Notes under the pieces: model-generated | What the model saw: only the letters and a program-made list of their open reading frames with translations | Told to the model about the DNA's origin: nothing | Databases searched by the model: none | Program-made: the position numbers and the translations under genes | DNA from: the human T2T-CHM13v2.0 reference genome, Homo sapiens | Assembly: GCF_009914755.1 (NCBI RefSeq) | Contig: NC_060925.1 | Reading direction: 5' to 3' (one strand) | Length of the DNA stretch: 64,000 bases | Shown: positions 1 to 13,552 of the stretch, one piece after another | Position numbering within the stretch: position 1 is the first letter of the stretch | Layout: every line of letters begins with the position of its first letter

Positions 1-1626
1 GGTCCACCTACAGAATCCACACCTTTAACTAGTACCCTATACAGATTAACTAGTACTCCTAACTAGTACCCTCTCTAGGTAGTATTTTAATTGTCATACT
101 ACAGATTTTGGAATTTAAATCTAGAGTTTAATTTTTGTCATTTTCTGAGTACATTCCATATTATAGAAAAATTATTAAAATTTACCCCCATTATTAGATT
201 TACCATGGGGCCACTGTTAAAAATAAGGGGTATCTAATGTGAAATTTTTCAGTCATTCACTTGTAGTTAGTCACAACTTCAAGTATTCATGAATATTACC
301 ATATTAACTTTAGTTATAATTGCTTTGCTTTGCATCTGGTCTGACTTTGTCAGAATCTCATGTTACTAATTGTATGGATGTGTTCTATGACGTTCTTTCC
401 ATAGAGTTTCTCACCTCCAATTGTGTAAGAGGTCTACTTTGTTTTTTTCTAACTAATACCTAATACAAAAATTTTATGTTTATATTTATGTAGCAATTAC
501 ATGGCTGATTCGTATCTCAGTGTAAGAGGACAAAATTAATCTTTTCTGATGAGTTTTCTTACTTTTATCAGAGAAGAAACATCTGTGTAAATCTGCTAAT
601 ATTCATTGTTTTTCTTGGATAAAACTATGAGGCACAATTTAGGTGATATATGCAATTTAATTTGTGTTAATAAGGGTCAGCATTACCATCTGGACTATAA
701 AATAAGATCACTTCTTGAGGAAAAGAAATTATGGAATTTCTAAACTTGTTATAAGAGTTTCCTTTTAACAACATTTATTTAATTATGATTTAAAAGAAAA
801 GTTCCATTCTTTGAGAGACAGTTTTAAAAATATTTCACGATTGAAGTCAGCCCAAATGCTATGAAATAACATGGTTTCAGCAGTTTGAAGAAAGCTCTGA
901 ATGAAGTGTGAGACGTTAGAGATTGATCATAGTTCCTGTGTGTGCTGGCTCCCACTACTTTAAAAGTTTCTGGCCTTCTTTGCCATCTCATCTCCTCTAA
1001 GCATTTTGTTTTTAATCTCTATTTAACCCTGAACTGAGTAAGTCTTTCCTCTCCAGGGTTTTTCATTGATCAAAGGCGTCAACAGCCTTCTTCCTCTGCG
1101 ACTAATTCTCTCTAAAACAGACAAACCCCTACCACGCTGAGTCTATAAGGTTTCTAAATTGTTTCTTATGTGTTTCCATTTCTCTCTTCTGCACCCATTT
1201 CAACCCTTACTTCCAGCCCATCTTCATCTATATTTGCTATAAGCAAGCAGACTTTTCCTGTGTTAGATTAAGTTAAAACCCCAAATATTTTGTAAGATAG
1301 TTTTAAAAAAATTGTAGTTTTGAGGTGTAATTTTTGTTGTTGTTGCTTTGAACTAATTTTTCTAATGGGTCCCAAATTAATTAGATGACATACAGTTTTA
1401 TATATCAGCCTTTATAATGTGGTATAGAATGATTATATATCATTCTTATACTTCTGGGGATTGTTAAACTGAAAGTGTTTTTAAATGATTTCCATCATGT
1501 GATTTTAAGTAGAACAGATCTAAATATTCAGCTTAGAGAAGTATTTTAAAAACTTCCTCTGATGGTTTGGTTTACATGTAGGTGATTGGTTTTAATTTTA
1601 ATGAGTTATTATCTTTTTGACTTCAG

Positions 1627-1997
1627 AGTACACAATAAGAAAGAGAACACTGGTTGCAGTAGACATGAGACTATGCAGATGAACAATATTTTTGATGTAC
1701 TGAAAGAATTGCTCATTTTACACCTGGGAAAATGATTGAGGATTTTAAAGTTTTATTTTCCCAGAAATGGCAAGAAGAACTGCTTTTTAAAGAGCCACAC
1801 TGAAGACATGGATTTTAGGATTTCTTCCTCAAAATCCCAGAGGGAAAAAGGACCCTAAGTACAGTTCTCTAAAAGACATAATGCAATTATAAAAATCATG
1901 TCTCAGATTAACACAGCCTATCATATATGGGAGCCAATGTCTTAGTAATGAACAATTTCAAACTGTTTATTCTGTCAAATGAATGCATTTTACCAGG
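1627..1997 (+). other. candidate non-coding exon (alternative acceptor gives 1765-1997)
   Basis: Acceptors tttttgacttcAG (1625-1626) and ttttattttcccAG (1763-1764); donor AGG|GTGAGG at 1998; unique sequence with only short ORFs. Confidence 0.25.
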
Positions 1998-2224
1998 GTG
2001 AGGCAGTACACTACATTTTTCTTTTGGGCAACTCCTGAACTTGACCTTATCCTTAAGATCTATAGTAGAAAAGAAACTAGAACTGTTACATAAAAACAAT
2101 GATTTAAGGAGCAAATGTAGTCACTGTATTTCATCCTAAAATACTTACAAATTCATAAACGCTATGATGTATGAGGATAGTTGAAGGAGGAAACAATGAC
2201 TCTGAAAAAAATTTATTGTTTATT

Positions 2225-2850
2225 GATTATTTTTTCAATCAACAACCATCTAGTGAGTATCTACTGTGTGCCAGGTATTCTTCTAGTGCTAGAAGATATA
2301 GTAGTGAGTATATCAGACACTATCCCTCCCGTATTTGGCTTACTCTGAGGTGTGTGGTTACAATGATGGAAGAAAGACAGTAAACTGAAGTAATTCCAGC
2401 TAGCAATAAATGCTGTATTGAAAATAAAACAGGGAAATGGGATAGAGAGTAACTGGGGAGACTACTTTTTATTGAAATGTCAGGGATGGCCTTTTTCTGA
2501 GAAGATGATTTTTGATATAAGACTTATCTGGAAATGGAACTGGCCTTGCATGGATGTGGGGCTTCAACATTCCAAACAGAGATAGTAGCAGAAGCAAAGG
2601 CCCTGTGGCAACCATCAGCTAGGTGAGTTCAAAGAACAGGGAGTGTGGCTGGAATGCAGGGAGTGAGAATGAGCATAGTAGGAGGTAAAGTCAGAGAGAG
2701 GGCAAGGGCCAGGCCACAGAGCGCCTTGTAGACCGCGGTAAGAATTTTATTTTATCTCTAGTAATTGGAGAGTTTTAAGCAAGAGACTAGTGTAATTGGA
2801 TGTTTATTCTTTTTTTAAAAAAAGATTATCCTGGCTGTTCTAGGGATTAT
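2225..2850 (-). mobile_element. L2 LINE 3' fragment
   Basis: Diverged L2 3'-end motif (tcaacaaccatctagtgagtatctactgtgtgccagg...) followed by purine-rich L2 body. Confidence 0.7.
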
Positions 2851-2879
2851 GGATTGTAGAAAAGACACCATATTGATAT

Positions 2880-3025
2880 TTTACATATATTATTTTTAAT
2901 CTGTATGATATACCAATGAAGTAAATATTTATGATTTCTGTATAAGAGATAACTGAAACTTAGAGAGGTTAAGTAATTTGTGCAGTCACACAGCATGCAA
3001 GCAACAGAACCAGTAGAATCTGTAC
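2880..3025 (-). mobile_element. MIR SINE fragment
   Basis: MIR core gataactgaaacttagagaggttaagtaatttg...gtcacacagc. Confidence 0.6.
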
Positions 3026-3119
3026 TCTTTTTTACAGGTGATGAGAGTTAGGGTAACAGAGAAGAACCACAGAGGAAAGTGAATCCTCATAATTGTTATG
3101 TTGGAAAAGTTTTATTTTT

Positions 3120-4030
3120 CAGTAAACTTGTTTTATTGTTGTGTAACAGGCATGCAAAAAAGGTGCACAGTCGTAAGTTTATAGCTCAAGGAATTTTTAC
3201 AAAATGAACACACCTGCATTGCTATCACCAGATTAAGAAGCCTTCCTGTGCCCCTTCATAGGTGCTTTCACTCAACAAAGGTTAACTATTATTTTGTTTT
3301 CTATCATCAGGGATTCATTTTGTCTGTTTTTAAACTTTATTTAAATGGAATCATTATTCTTTGATGTTTGGCTCTTTTTATCAATGTTAGATTTGAGATT
3401 CATCTGTATTTTTGGGTAAGTAGTAGTTTGTTAATTTTCATTGTTAAATATTGTCCCATTGTATGTATACACCACAATTAACTTTTTGGGTATGTGGGTT
3501 GTTGCCAGTTTTTGGCTTTTACAGTGTTGCTGTGAATATTCTTATATGTGGCTTTCCATGAACACGTGTATGCATTTTTATTGGGATTATAATTAGGAGA
3601 AAATTTGTAGGGTCTTGGGAAATATGAGTTTTCAACCTAGTCAGAGGTAAAATGGACTGGCTTGCACCAGCTCACAAGAGCTAATTTTGCACGTCTTCCA
3701 AAATTCACGTTCAGTGACATCACATTGGTAGCTTGAGATTGGCCATCAGAGGCATGTTTACACTATAGAAATTGGCAAATGATACAAATTACTCCCCCAT
3801 CCCCCACCAGAGACTCAGCTGTTAAACATTTACTGTCACAGCACATCACTGGCTTTTGTAGTTTTCCTGTAGTTTTCCAAATGTACTGTACCAATTTTTA
3901 TACTACCGTCAACAGTATGTGAGAGTTCATGTCACTCTACGTTCTCACCAACATTTGGTATCTTGGTTTTAACTTTGGCCATCCTGGTACATGCGTAATG
4001 GAATCTTATTATGAATTTAATTGGTATTTA
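3120..4030 (-). mobile_element. old L1M (L1ME-like) 3' end interrupted by a MER63-like hAT element at ~3640-3850
   Basis: L1M 3' UTR motifs (cccattgtatgtatacaccacaat, ccagtttttggct, tctcaccaacatttggta); insert has the MER63-type ggtagcttgagattggccat...ggcaaatgatacaaat. Confidence 0.6.
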
Positions 4031-5329
4031 GAAAAAGTTATGATTTATTTAAATTAGCCTGCTACCTGTGTTGTAAACCAGATTGTAACTTTTGAGGGCA
4101 GATATTTCTCAAAGAAGACAAGAGCAGTTGAATAAATACAATTTCTCAATTGAAACTCATGTTGTGGGGAAAATACTTGTATTCTATAGAAGGTTAGCAA
4201 TGTTCTTAAAGCTTAGTGTTCTTTCATTTAGAGACATTTGAAACATTATTGAAAATTTCTTACTACTTTCTTCTCTTAGAAACTTCTGGATTAATTTTGA
4301 TATCAAATGAAATTTAACGATGTCCATAAATAGAAAATGACATTGTGTGATGTCAACATAAAAGATGAACTTCCTGTTGACTTCTACTTATGTGGTCCAA
4401 TGGGATGACAGATGGCAAGAGCAACGGCCAACTACTAGCTTTAACACCACATTAACTTCTTCATGGGTTATTATTTTTTTTGAGGGGAGGGGGACTTTTC
4501 AGCCTGTATTACTGCTGCAAGCAGCCTTATAACTGGTGATTTGTGGTGATTGCTCCAGCTGCTCTAGCTTTATCTAAGTTATACGTTCTTCCACACCAGG
4601 AAACTGACTGATGGCAGCAGAGCTTAAAATAACTCAGGGCATTTGGATTTGAAAAGTTAAAAGCTCTTTTATACTAATACAGCATTTGCTACTATATTTG
4701 AAAGTGATCTATCTACTCAGTTGGACAAGGCACAGTAATGTGCTTTATGTTATGTCTCCTATTATTTCTTTCTTAATTGAGTAGTGGAAAATAAATGAAG
4801 GGATATATGAATATAGAAACACATTTCTAGTGCAGAGACACATTCTGTGAAGCACTGGGGATATTATTCAAGAAATAATTTGAATGCCACACATAAAAAG
4901 TGGAAGTAGCATGGGTGAAAAAGCATATAATGAGACCCTAATAATATCATTAAATGATACTAGGAAGAATGTACAGAAAACTTATGCAATGATTTTGGAT
5001 CTTGCCACTTTTTTGGCCACCTAAAGGTGGCCAAAACATTTATCTTTCATCTTAAAATATTTTGCTTGTCACATTATGTTCCATAAGTAAAATTATAGGA
5101 CTATGCTGTTAAAAGGCCTCTGTATTGAATTGGCAGTACAATCTTTGTAAACACTTGTGGATTTAGGAAAATAACTTTTACGTGGAATTCACGGATATTT
5201 TCAAGCAGATAAGATGTGTTGATGATTTAAATCTAGAAAGAGTTTCAATAGGTAAAGATTAGATGAGTTAAAGGAGTGGCTCAGGGATTATGGGGTTAGG
5301 AGGAGATGAGGATGGTAGAGGACAGTGTT

Positions 5330-6246
5330 TCCAAACCTTCCACCGGTAAATCCACACCTTGACCTGTGTTCACGCAATCTCTTTTTCTATCTTGTGCTTT
5401 CCCTTATATCTAATCTTTCCCTTGTGCTCTGGACCCCATTCCTGCTTTCCATTATCCTTTGCCTCTCCCCTGGACCACTGCAATCCTATCAGAACAAACA
5501 CACACATGCTGTGATCTTTGTCTTTGGCAAAAACAAAACCCAAACTTCCTGGGTCCCTATATTCCTATCAGCCATCTCTCCATCCTCAGCTCCCACTTCA
5601 CAGCTTTAAGAGAGACAAAGATGTGAATCTCTCTTCCGTTACTGCCTTTCTCTCCTACTAACACCAGTGAGATTCCAGACATTATTATTTCACTGAATCT
5701 GCTGTAATTCACATTACCCATTACATCGAAGTTGCCAAGTCCACCGATTTCTGTCCTCATTTTTCTCCACTGTCTCTTAACAGCGCAGCTTAGAAGGCTC
5801 TCATGGCCTGAGCCCCACACTTTCTCTCATCCTTTGCCCCTCTCCTCTTTGCACACCATGTTTCAGTCACACTTGTCTTTTCTTAGGTCTTTGAAAACAT
5901 CTCTACCAATCCCCTGCTGTTTTCTTGGCAGGAGAGAGCTTCTCTCTACTATTTGCATGGATAGTTTCTCATTGTTAGGTCGCAGATTTAATATCCTTTT
6001 AGAGATGTTTCCCCTAACTACTTTATTTAAACTCACCCCTCAGTTCTTCTGTATCTTAGCCCCCCCTTTTTTTTCTATTTGCCATTTACAATTTACTTCA
6101 TATTGTTGTATATTTATGGTTATGTGTTTACATCTTTCCCCCATTTCCTTTACTAGAGTATAAACCCCATAAGCTATATTATGCCCTGTTCATTCTGGTA
6201 GCTTTGTTATCTAGAACTGTGCTAGATATTATCTATGAACGAATAA
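5330..6246 (+). mobile_element. L2 LINE fragment
   Basis: Pyrimidine-rich L2 body ending in tatgaacgaataa, the typical L2 tail. Confidence 0.55.
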
Positions 6247-6625
6247 AAATAGGACCAAATTGATTATAGTCTATGTTAATATTACCATGGTTTCATTCCA
6301 ATAAATAGGTCTTGTTTTGAATTCAAACAGTTAAATGAAAGATTCTCAAGCATTTTCTAAAGAGTTTCATTTTCCTTATATATGATACTGCTATAAATAA
6401 ATTGCCTTTTCATTGAGTTTTTCATCCAAAAATTTTAGGTAGCATTTAAAAAGCTTTGGATCTCATAATAACACCTCACTTAACTGAATCTGCATGCTTG
6501 TATTCAGTCTAAATTAAGAAAAGGTATGAAGCCTGATGCACTGTGAAAGATGCTGAAATCCCCCACACTTTCAAGTTACTCCTCCCCTGTCTGTGATGCT
6601 GAAGTTCTGCCTTGCTCTAAATCTT

Positions 6626-6943
6626 CTTCTTCTTCCTCTTTCTTTCTTTCTTTTTTTTTTTTGAGACAAGTTCTTGCTCTGTTGCCAGTCTGGAGTGCAG
6701 TGGCATGATCATGACTCACTGCAGGCTCGACCTCCAGGGCTCAAGTGATTCTCTCACCTCAGCCTCTCAAGTAGCTGGGACTACAGGGATGCTCCACCAT
6801 GCCTGGCTGATTTTTGTATTTTTTGTAAAGATGGGGTTTTGCCATGTTGCCCAGGCTGGTCTTGAACTCCTGAACTCAAGCAATCCACCCGCCCTGGCCT
6901 CCTAAAACGTTGGGATTATAGGCATGAGCCACGACACCTGGCC
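6626..6943 (-). mobile_element. AluJ
   Basis: Full Alu in reverse with T tail and J-type diagnostics; TSD ctaaatctt at 6617-6625 and 6944-6952. Confidence 0.9.
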
Positions 6944-8319
6944 CTAAATCTTTTTAACGTCCACTTTCTGATGTAGTTGCAGCCAGAAATACACATTAAT
7001 TGAATGCTTGTGACAGGGATCACTTCAGATAATATTTTGTTTATGTAATTAGCTTCCCTTAATTAAGGGTCAAACCTGAGGGACTTCTTCAACCATTGCT
7101 ATCCAAACTTTGCATTAAATGCTTTTAGTTTTACTCACGGTAATTCTATTCCAGGACAGATAAATCCCACCAGGACATTCTGACCTGGTTCTGTCCCCTG
7201 TACACACAAACAGATAAACTCAACTTCAGCTCCAAGGTCCTCGTTTTTGACTTGTTCATCTTTTCCAAGGCTGAATTGCAGAGACATTGCTTCTATCTCG
7301 TTTTCATTTTATTTTCCCTTCTTAACTTCCAACTTTTTCTTTTTCTGATGCTGACATGGAAGCATTAGCTTGAAAAAGCTGTTGATAACTCCCTATATGT
7401 CTGGGAAGAGAAGCAGGATCTGACTGGGACATGTAGCTTTTACATTTCTCCTCTCCTTTAGCACAGAAATTCTTGCAAAACTTTCTTGTCATTTAGAAAT
7501 TTTAGTAGGTATAGGGGCTTAAAGGAAAGGAAATAGAGAAAAGCTGTTCTTCATTAACAGGAGAAGACCTCGGGCTGCTGAATAAAGGAGAGCAGGTTGG
7601 GAGACAGGCAAGTGAGAGACAGGAGTTTGAGAGCAGTGAATTAGCAGAAGACTTGGAACTGAAAGAAAGGGAAAGTGAAAGTGCTGGAAATAAAGTTATG
7701 TGTGGGGTAAGTGATGAACACATCATATACTCATACTTTTCTTTACCTTGGTTTCACTCCTATCAGACAAATGCCTAGGACTGTGTGAATCTTGTCCAAA
7801 TTCATCAGAGAATTTTTTTATTCTATGGGGAGGAAAAATGTATGGTTTCATGAAATACTTCTTGCCTTCCTGTCTTTTCCCCTTTCAATTCATTCTGCAC
7901 CACGTATGGTTAGCGAACTGATTTCCTAAAACAGTCTTTCATTATGTCACTTTAAAATGGAAGAATCTGTAATGGTTCCTTATTGCCTATTGTATAAAGT
8001 ATAAACATCTCATTTTATATTTTAACCACATTCAGCATTATTTCCTACTGTTTTTCCACGCATACCTTTTGCTATCTCCCCTAACTCTACACTTTTTCTT
8101 GGCTTTGCATTTTTAAATTCATTTCTATGAAACACATATATCTTTGATACCAACAGTTAGATTAGCGCTACCTGACTACAGATGATACAAACAAATACGA
8201 CTAAAGTAGCAATCTTTATGTAGTTATTTTGCCTGGAAAGCCTTTTTTTCTTATTATCATAATAACATAAATTTGTGTAGTGTTCACATTTTCCAGTCCT
8301 TTATCGTGCATGGTCCATA

Positions 8320-8522
8320 TCAGTACTTCTCAAAGTTGGATATGAGCAAGAATCATTAGTAAAGCCTGAGAGAGATTCCTGTGCCCCACTCCCAGAGATT
8401 CTGAGTCAACACATGTGGGTTGAGACCCTAGATTTTCCATTTCTAACAAATTCCCAGGTGCTTTCCCACACTTTCTATTTTCCTATGATGCTGATGGTTC
8501 AGGGACCATACTTTGAGTAGCT
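8320..8522. mobile_element. MER5A (hAT-Charlie)
   Basis: cagtacttctcaaagt...tttctaacaaattcccaggtg...gggaccatactttgagtagc. Confidence 0.75.
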
Positions 8523-8830
8523 CTAGTCTATCCAATAACCCTAAGGAGTAGGCTGTATCATCTTCAAGATAGAAATGGGGAGAATGACACTCGGAGGAGC
8601 ACAATTGACTAATCAATGGTCCTGTGACTTGTGAATGATAGCACTAGAACTCATGTTCTCTGAGCTGTGATCAAGTGTCATTAGTATCTCATCCTACTGC
8701 CTGTGTACAGTCTAAGGCATCATACATATTTATGACAGCTTTGAATGCTTAGCTCAATTCTTACTTCAGTCTGGCAAAAAAAAAGTGAGGATTTTTGCTT
8801 GTAATGATTTATGATACTTAGTATATACAT

Positions 8831-10208
8831 TAGTAGTTCTCGAAGTTCAGTCCGTGTATTCTATGGGTCTCTTAGATCCTTTCTGAGTGTTTTAGAGTTT
8901 AAAGCTATTTTCATAATAATGCTAACAACATTGTTTACCTTTTTCACTGAGCTGACATTTGCAGTCAGGGTGAAAAAACAAGGGTGGGTAAAACTACTGG
9001 CACCTTAGCGTGAATCAAGGCAGTGGCACCAAACTAAACTAGAAGTCATTGTATTTCTTCACCATACATTTACAGTTAAAAAAAATGCCAGGGACGCTGA
9101 AAAGTATCTTTAGGAAGCAGTAAAGATTATTAGTTTTATTAGATCTCAACCTTTGTGTGTATGTCATTTTAACTTTCTGTATAACAAAATGGGAGGTAGG
9201 AAGAAAGTCCTTTGGTTTCATAGTGTGACGTGTGATGGCTGTTTTGAAGAAAAGCGCTTATGTATGTCTGAATTGCAAGCTAAACTAGCTGCTTTTTTCA
9301 TGGCATGTCATTTTCACTTGAAGGGACAACTGACAGGTAAACTAGGGTTATCCTAATTTATTTGGCAGACATTTTCATAAAAATAAATGAAGCGAGCAGG
9401 TCATTTTAAAAAAGGAACTGATATTTTTTTGTTGTTGTCAATAAAAATATTTGAGCTTCCACACAAAAATTAGAAATTTGGAAAACTAGTATTTATCACC
9501 ATAAGGTAGTCAGTTTCCCAGTACCTAAAGACTTTTCCAGTGAGACAGGTGGTGGTATTAACGAATGTGATTTTTTGACAATGTGATGAAATGGATCAAC
9601 ATTTGGAAGGCCTAAATAGTTCAGTGAACAGATACCTTTCATGTGATCAATGCATGGTTAACAAAAAGGTCTGTTTAAAGTGCCAAATGGACTAATGATT
9701 TTTAATGTAATAGAATACAAAAAGTTCATGGATGTGGTTTTCAATGTCACATTATGGTGTATTATCAAAGAAGAATAAACACAATTACCTGAAAAGGCTA
9801 TTAAAATACCCTTTCCTTTTCTAACAACATATCTGTGTGAGGCCATGTTTCTTTTTTTCATAGATTTTAACCAATCAACATATTACAACAAACTGAATAT
9901 AGAAGCAGATATAACGAATAAACTGTTTATGATTAAGCTGGAAGGTAAAGAGTATTGTAAAAGTGCTTGTCAATGCCGCTCTTCTCACTCAAGTATTTTG
10001 CTTTGGAAAATGTGGTTATTTTTTGAAAACAGATATTACTTATGACATCATACAATGGGTTTACATTGTTATTTTAAAGTGAATCAATAAACAAAATATT
10101 TTTAAAAGTCTCCATTTTATTTTCTAACATGGCAAATGCCAATAAATAAAACCTATAGAAATTTAGGGGTATAAAGGAACTCTTAGACTGAAAAATTTGA
10201 GAATTGTT
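8831..10208. mobile_element. Charlie1-type hAT DNA transposon remnant
   Basis: Charlie1 terminal sequence (tagtagttctcgaagt...gctattttcataataatgctaa), decayed transposase-like body, end aaaatttgagaattgttg. Confidence 0.75.
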
Positions 10209-10809
10209 GGCTGACTTTATGAATTTTGGTAATTGATTACATTCAGTATGTTAGTAGCATGGAAATAGAAATGGCCTAAAGTTAAAAATAACAACAACAA
10301 CAACCACTTTGATTTTGGCTTTGTGAAAATTAAAAGCAATTCTCAGTTACAATGCTGTAACCAAGTGTCTGGAATAAAGAATCCTACTATGTAAGATACT
10401 TCTAAGCATTTTTAAGTTTGTGTTTTTAATATAATAATGCATATACATGAGTTTAAAAATAAAATTACATTTTAAGAGTCCTAGCCTAATCTTCACTACC
10501 TCTATTTTGTTTCTTCATGGGCAATTCTATTTAATTCTATTAGCTTTTTCTAATACTTACCCCCTTAATCTAGCACCCCTTCTGTGCTCTTCCAGAATCA
10601 GACAACCTCACTTGTCTCTAAAGAGTGTGGCTACTTGTTCTGTCACCTCCCCCGTGACCAGCCCTGCATAGGCTCTAACTAACCTCACTGAGCCATGACC
10701 GAACAACCTCTCACTTCCAGCCTGCCTCCTATGCCTCTTGCCTCATATCCAGGGCGTCCCTATTGACACTGAAGCAACACCTTGCTCACTTGATGACTGT
10801 GTTTGTTTA

Positions 10810-11118
10810 TTTTTATTTTATTTTATTCATTTACTTTTTCAGATGGAATCTCACTCTGTCACACAGGCTGGAATGCTATAGCATGATCTGAGCTCACTGC
10901 AACCTCAGCCTCTCGGGTTCAAGTGATTCTCCTGCCTCAGCCTCCTGAGTAGCTGGGATTGCAGGCATGTGCCACCACGCCTGGCTAATTTTTGTATTTT
11001 TAGTAGAGACAGGGTTTCACCATGTTGGCCATGCTGGTCTTGAACTCCTGACCTTGTGATCCACCCACCTCGGCCTCCCAAAGTGCTGGATTACAGGCAT
11101 GAACCACTGCACTCGGCC
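10810..11118 (-). mobile_element. AluS (Sg-like)
   Basis: Full reverse Alu; TSD tgtgtttgttta at 10798-10809 and 11119-11130. Confidence 0.9.
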
Positions 11119-11130
11119 TGTGTTTGTTTA

Positions 11131-11437
11131 ATTCACACATGTGAAGTGAACCTTTGACCAGTAATTTATAGAAGCTGATGGTTAAGTCTTCTGCCCTCAT
11201 CCCTAGCACAGTGGACAGTCTCAAGTTATTTCATTTACAGAGACTCTCACAATTGTGACAATGAGCCATCAGTTGTGCTTGCTATCAAGAGTAGCCGAGT
11301 TATAATTTGGCAACCACCTTTGATTGGGACTCACCTTTTACTTGTCTCATTCCCCCTTTCCGTTATTTCTCCTAATAAATTAGCAGCTCATCAGCCTTTG
11401 CCACAGGCTCTGCTTTTTGGGGAACCCAGGTTAAGAC
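11131..11437 (+). mobile_element. ancient ERVL-class LTR 3' part (LTR16/LTR33-like)
   Basis: cctaataaa poly(A) signal followed by caggctctgctttttggggaacccaggttaagac, a typical ERVL LTR end. Confidence 0.5.
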
Positions 11438-11809
11438 TCTCCATATTTCTAAACAAATTAAAAATCGTATCTTTACATTTTTCAATTTAAGCATTATCAA
11501 TTGACTTTTTTCATGAAAAATGAGGATTTAGTGTTCTTATATTTCCTTACCCCACTCCCAATACATTTGCCATTTGCTGTCCCCTCTATAAATTCTGTTA
11601 TAATTTTTGGTTAAATGAATATTCAGTGTTTATGTCATTATAACTGCCTTAATATGGTTTGCAGATGAGTCACATAGTGTATTAGGATACATTTCTTTAC
11701 CCTTTAATTACTTAATTTTTATGTACCAATCACTAATTAAACCCCATACTCACTGACAGAACATTAAAACATCTCTCAATGTAGTCATACATCCAAGAAA
11801 TCTATGAGT

Positions 11810-11813
<4 letters not shown>

Positions 11814-11850
<37 letters not shown>
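11814..11850. repeat. (TG)18 microsatellite
   Basis: Directly visible. Confidence 0.97.
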
Positions 11851-11857
<7 letters not shown>

Positions 11858-13141
11858 CACATGCGTGCATGCAGGCTTATCCTTTCTGAAAACTTTCATC
11901 TTTTTTCCCCGGTCAGAACTTGCTTTCTAGGTTTGCTGCCCAGCTGTCATTCTGGAGTACGTCTTTATCATCATCAGTTCATTTTACTCTTGTTTTTGGA
12001 TCCTCTGTTTTGGAGTTTTTTTCTTCCTTTTCTTGGATTTCTCTTTTGCTTTTGTAGAGCACATCTTCCAAGAACCTTCTGAGAAAGTATTTGGAAGGCA
12101 AATCTTTTGAGACTGCACAAGTCTGTAAAGTCCATGTATATGTATATGTTGATGCTTTGAGATATAAACTTCTATTGCGTTTGTGCCACGTTGTTGGGCT
12201 TTTTTTTTCTTCTTTGAACTATGGTGTAATTTACTTTGACACAGTATGGAGCTATTCATGTATTGTTTGGGCACTTTGTGGGCTCAATGTATCATTATGA
12301 AGACATGGTCTTTCTTTATGGGAAATTAAAAAATTGTTTCTTTGATAATGTATTCTACTTTACATTTTCATTCCTCCTCTCTAGAACAGCAGTTAGGCAG
12401 ATGTGGATCTTTGAATTGATCCTCTAATTTTCTCATTTTTTCTTTCCTATCATCCACACTTCCTTGGGGAGGAGAGGGATGAAGATTAGGAATGTCCTCA
12501 AGTTTATTTTTAACAATTTGAATAAATAGGTATATCCAAATTTTACTTCTAAAAGTTATCTGAATATTCTTTTTCTAGCATGTGATTGTTTCATATTGGA
12601 ATATCTTTACTTATCTTTCTGTAGGTGTTAATTATAATGCTCTGAAGTTTTCTTCTGCTTCCTGCATTTTCTTTATTTCTTCTAAATTTCTCTCAACTAT
12701 CTGCTCGTTTGTTTAGGTTTCTATTTTAATATCAGAGGCTTCTACTTTGGGATTTTCACCATTTTTAATCAAGACTTTCACTTAATCTCCTGTTTGCATA
12801 CAGTATCTCATTCTCATTCTCAGAGGCGCAGTTATCTTTATAAAGAAAAGCTTCTATTTTCTGTAGAGTTCCTGAAAGAGTAGTGGCTTGGCTTCTTAGC
12901 TTGTATAGGACTTTAAGTATCCTTATATAGACATTTAACCAGTCTTCCTGTTTTCAATGCCACTCTTCATCCCTACCTTCAAGGGTACCAGGTGAATCCA
13001 AATGCTTGAGTCTGAGGGGCTAGGGCAGAAATCACTGGTCTGTTGTTGGTGTCTCACCATAGAAGGTTCATATCTGAGCCTTCTCTGTTCTAAGTCTGTT
13101 AATAATTGCCCATAATTTTTTCACATTCTGAAATTTCATTG

Positions 13142-13456
13142 GGCCGGGTGCCGGTGGCTCACGCCTGTAATCCCAGCACTTTGGGAAGCTGAGGTGGGTG
13201 GATCACTGGAGGTCAGGAGTTTAAGACCAGCCTGGCCAACATGGAGAAACCCGTTCTCTACTAAAAATACAAAATTTAGTCAGGTGTGGTGGCACATGTC
13301 TGCAATCCCAGCAACTTGGGAGTTCTGAGGCGAGAGAATCACTTGAACCTGGGAGGCAGATGTTGCAGTGAGCAGAGATTACACCACTGCACTCCAGCCT
13401 AGGCTATAGAACGAGATTCTGTCTCAAAAAAAAAAAAAAAGAAGAAAAAAGAAAAA
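13142..13456 (+). mobile_element. AluS (Sx-like)
   Basis: ggccgggtg...gctcacgcctgtaatcccagc through the A tail. Confidence 0.93.
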
Positions 13457-13515
13457 ATTTTGCTGAAATCTTTTATTTAGTGTTGTCTCCTCTGTTCTCT
13501 TTGTCCCTGTGAGAC

Positions 13516-13519
13516 TATA

Positions 13520-13552
<33 letters not shown>
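13516..13552. repeat. (TA)n followed by poly-T
   Basis: Directly visible. Confidence 0.9.

Noticed and set aside
25-72. TTAACTAGTAC resembles the E. coli trp operator/promoter; repeat-spacer look
   Set aside because: The context is primate DNA with no bacterial genes. The 10-bp repeats with 3-11-bp spacers are not a CRISPR array, and the match is coincidental.
3025-3060. Pyrimidine tract plus CAG|GTGATG as a recursive splice site
   Set aside because: The reconstituted donor is weak and lies at the edge of a MIR; there is no other support.
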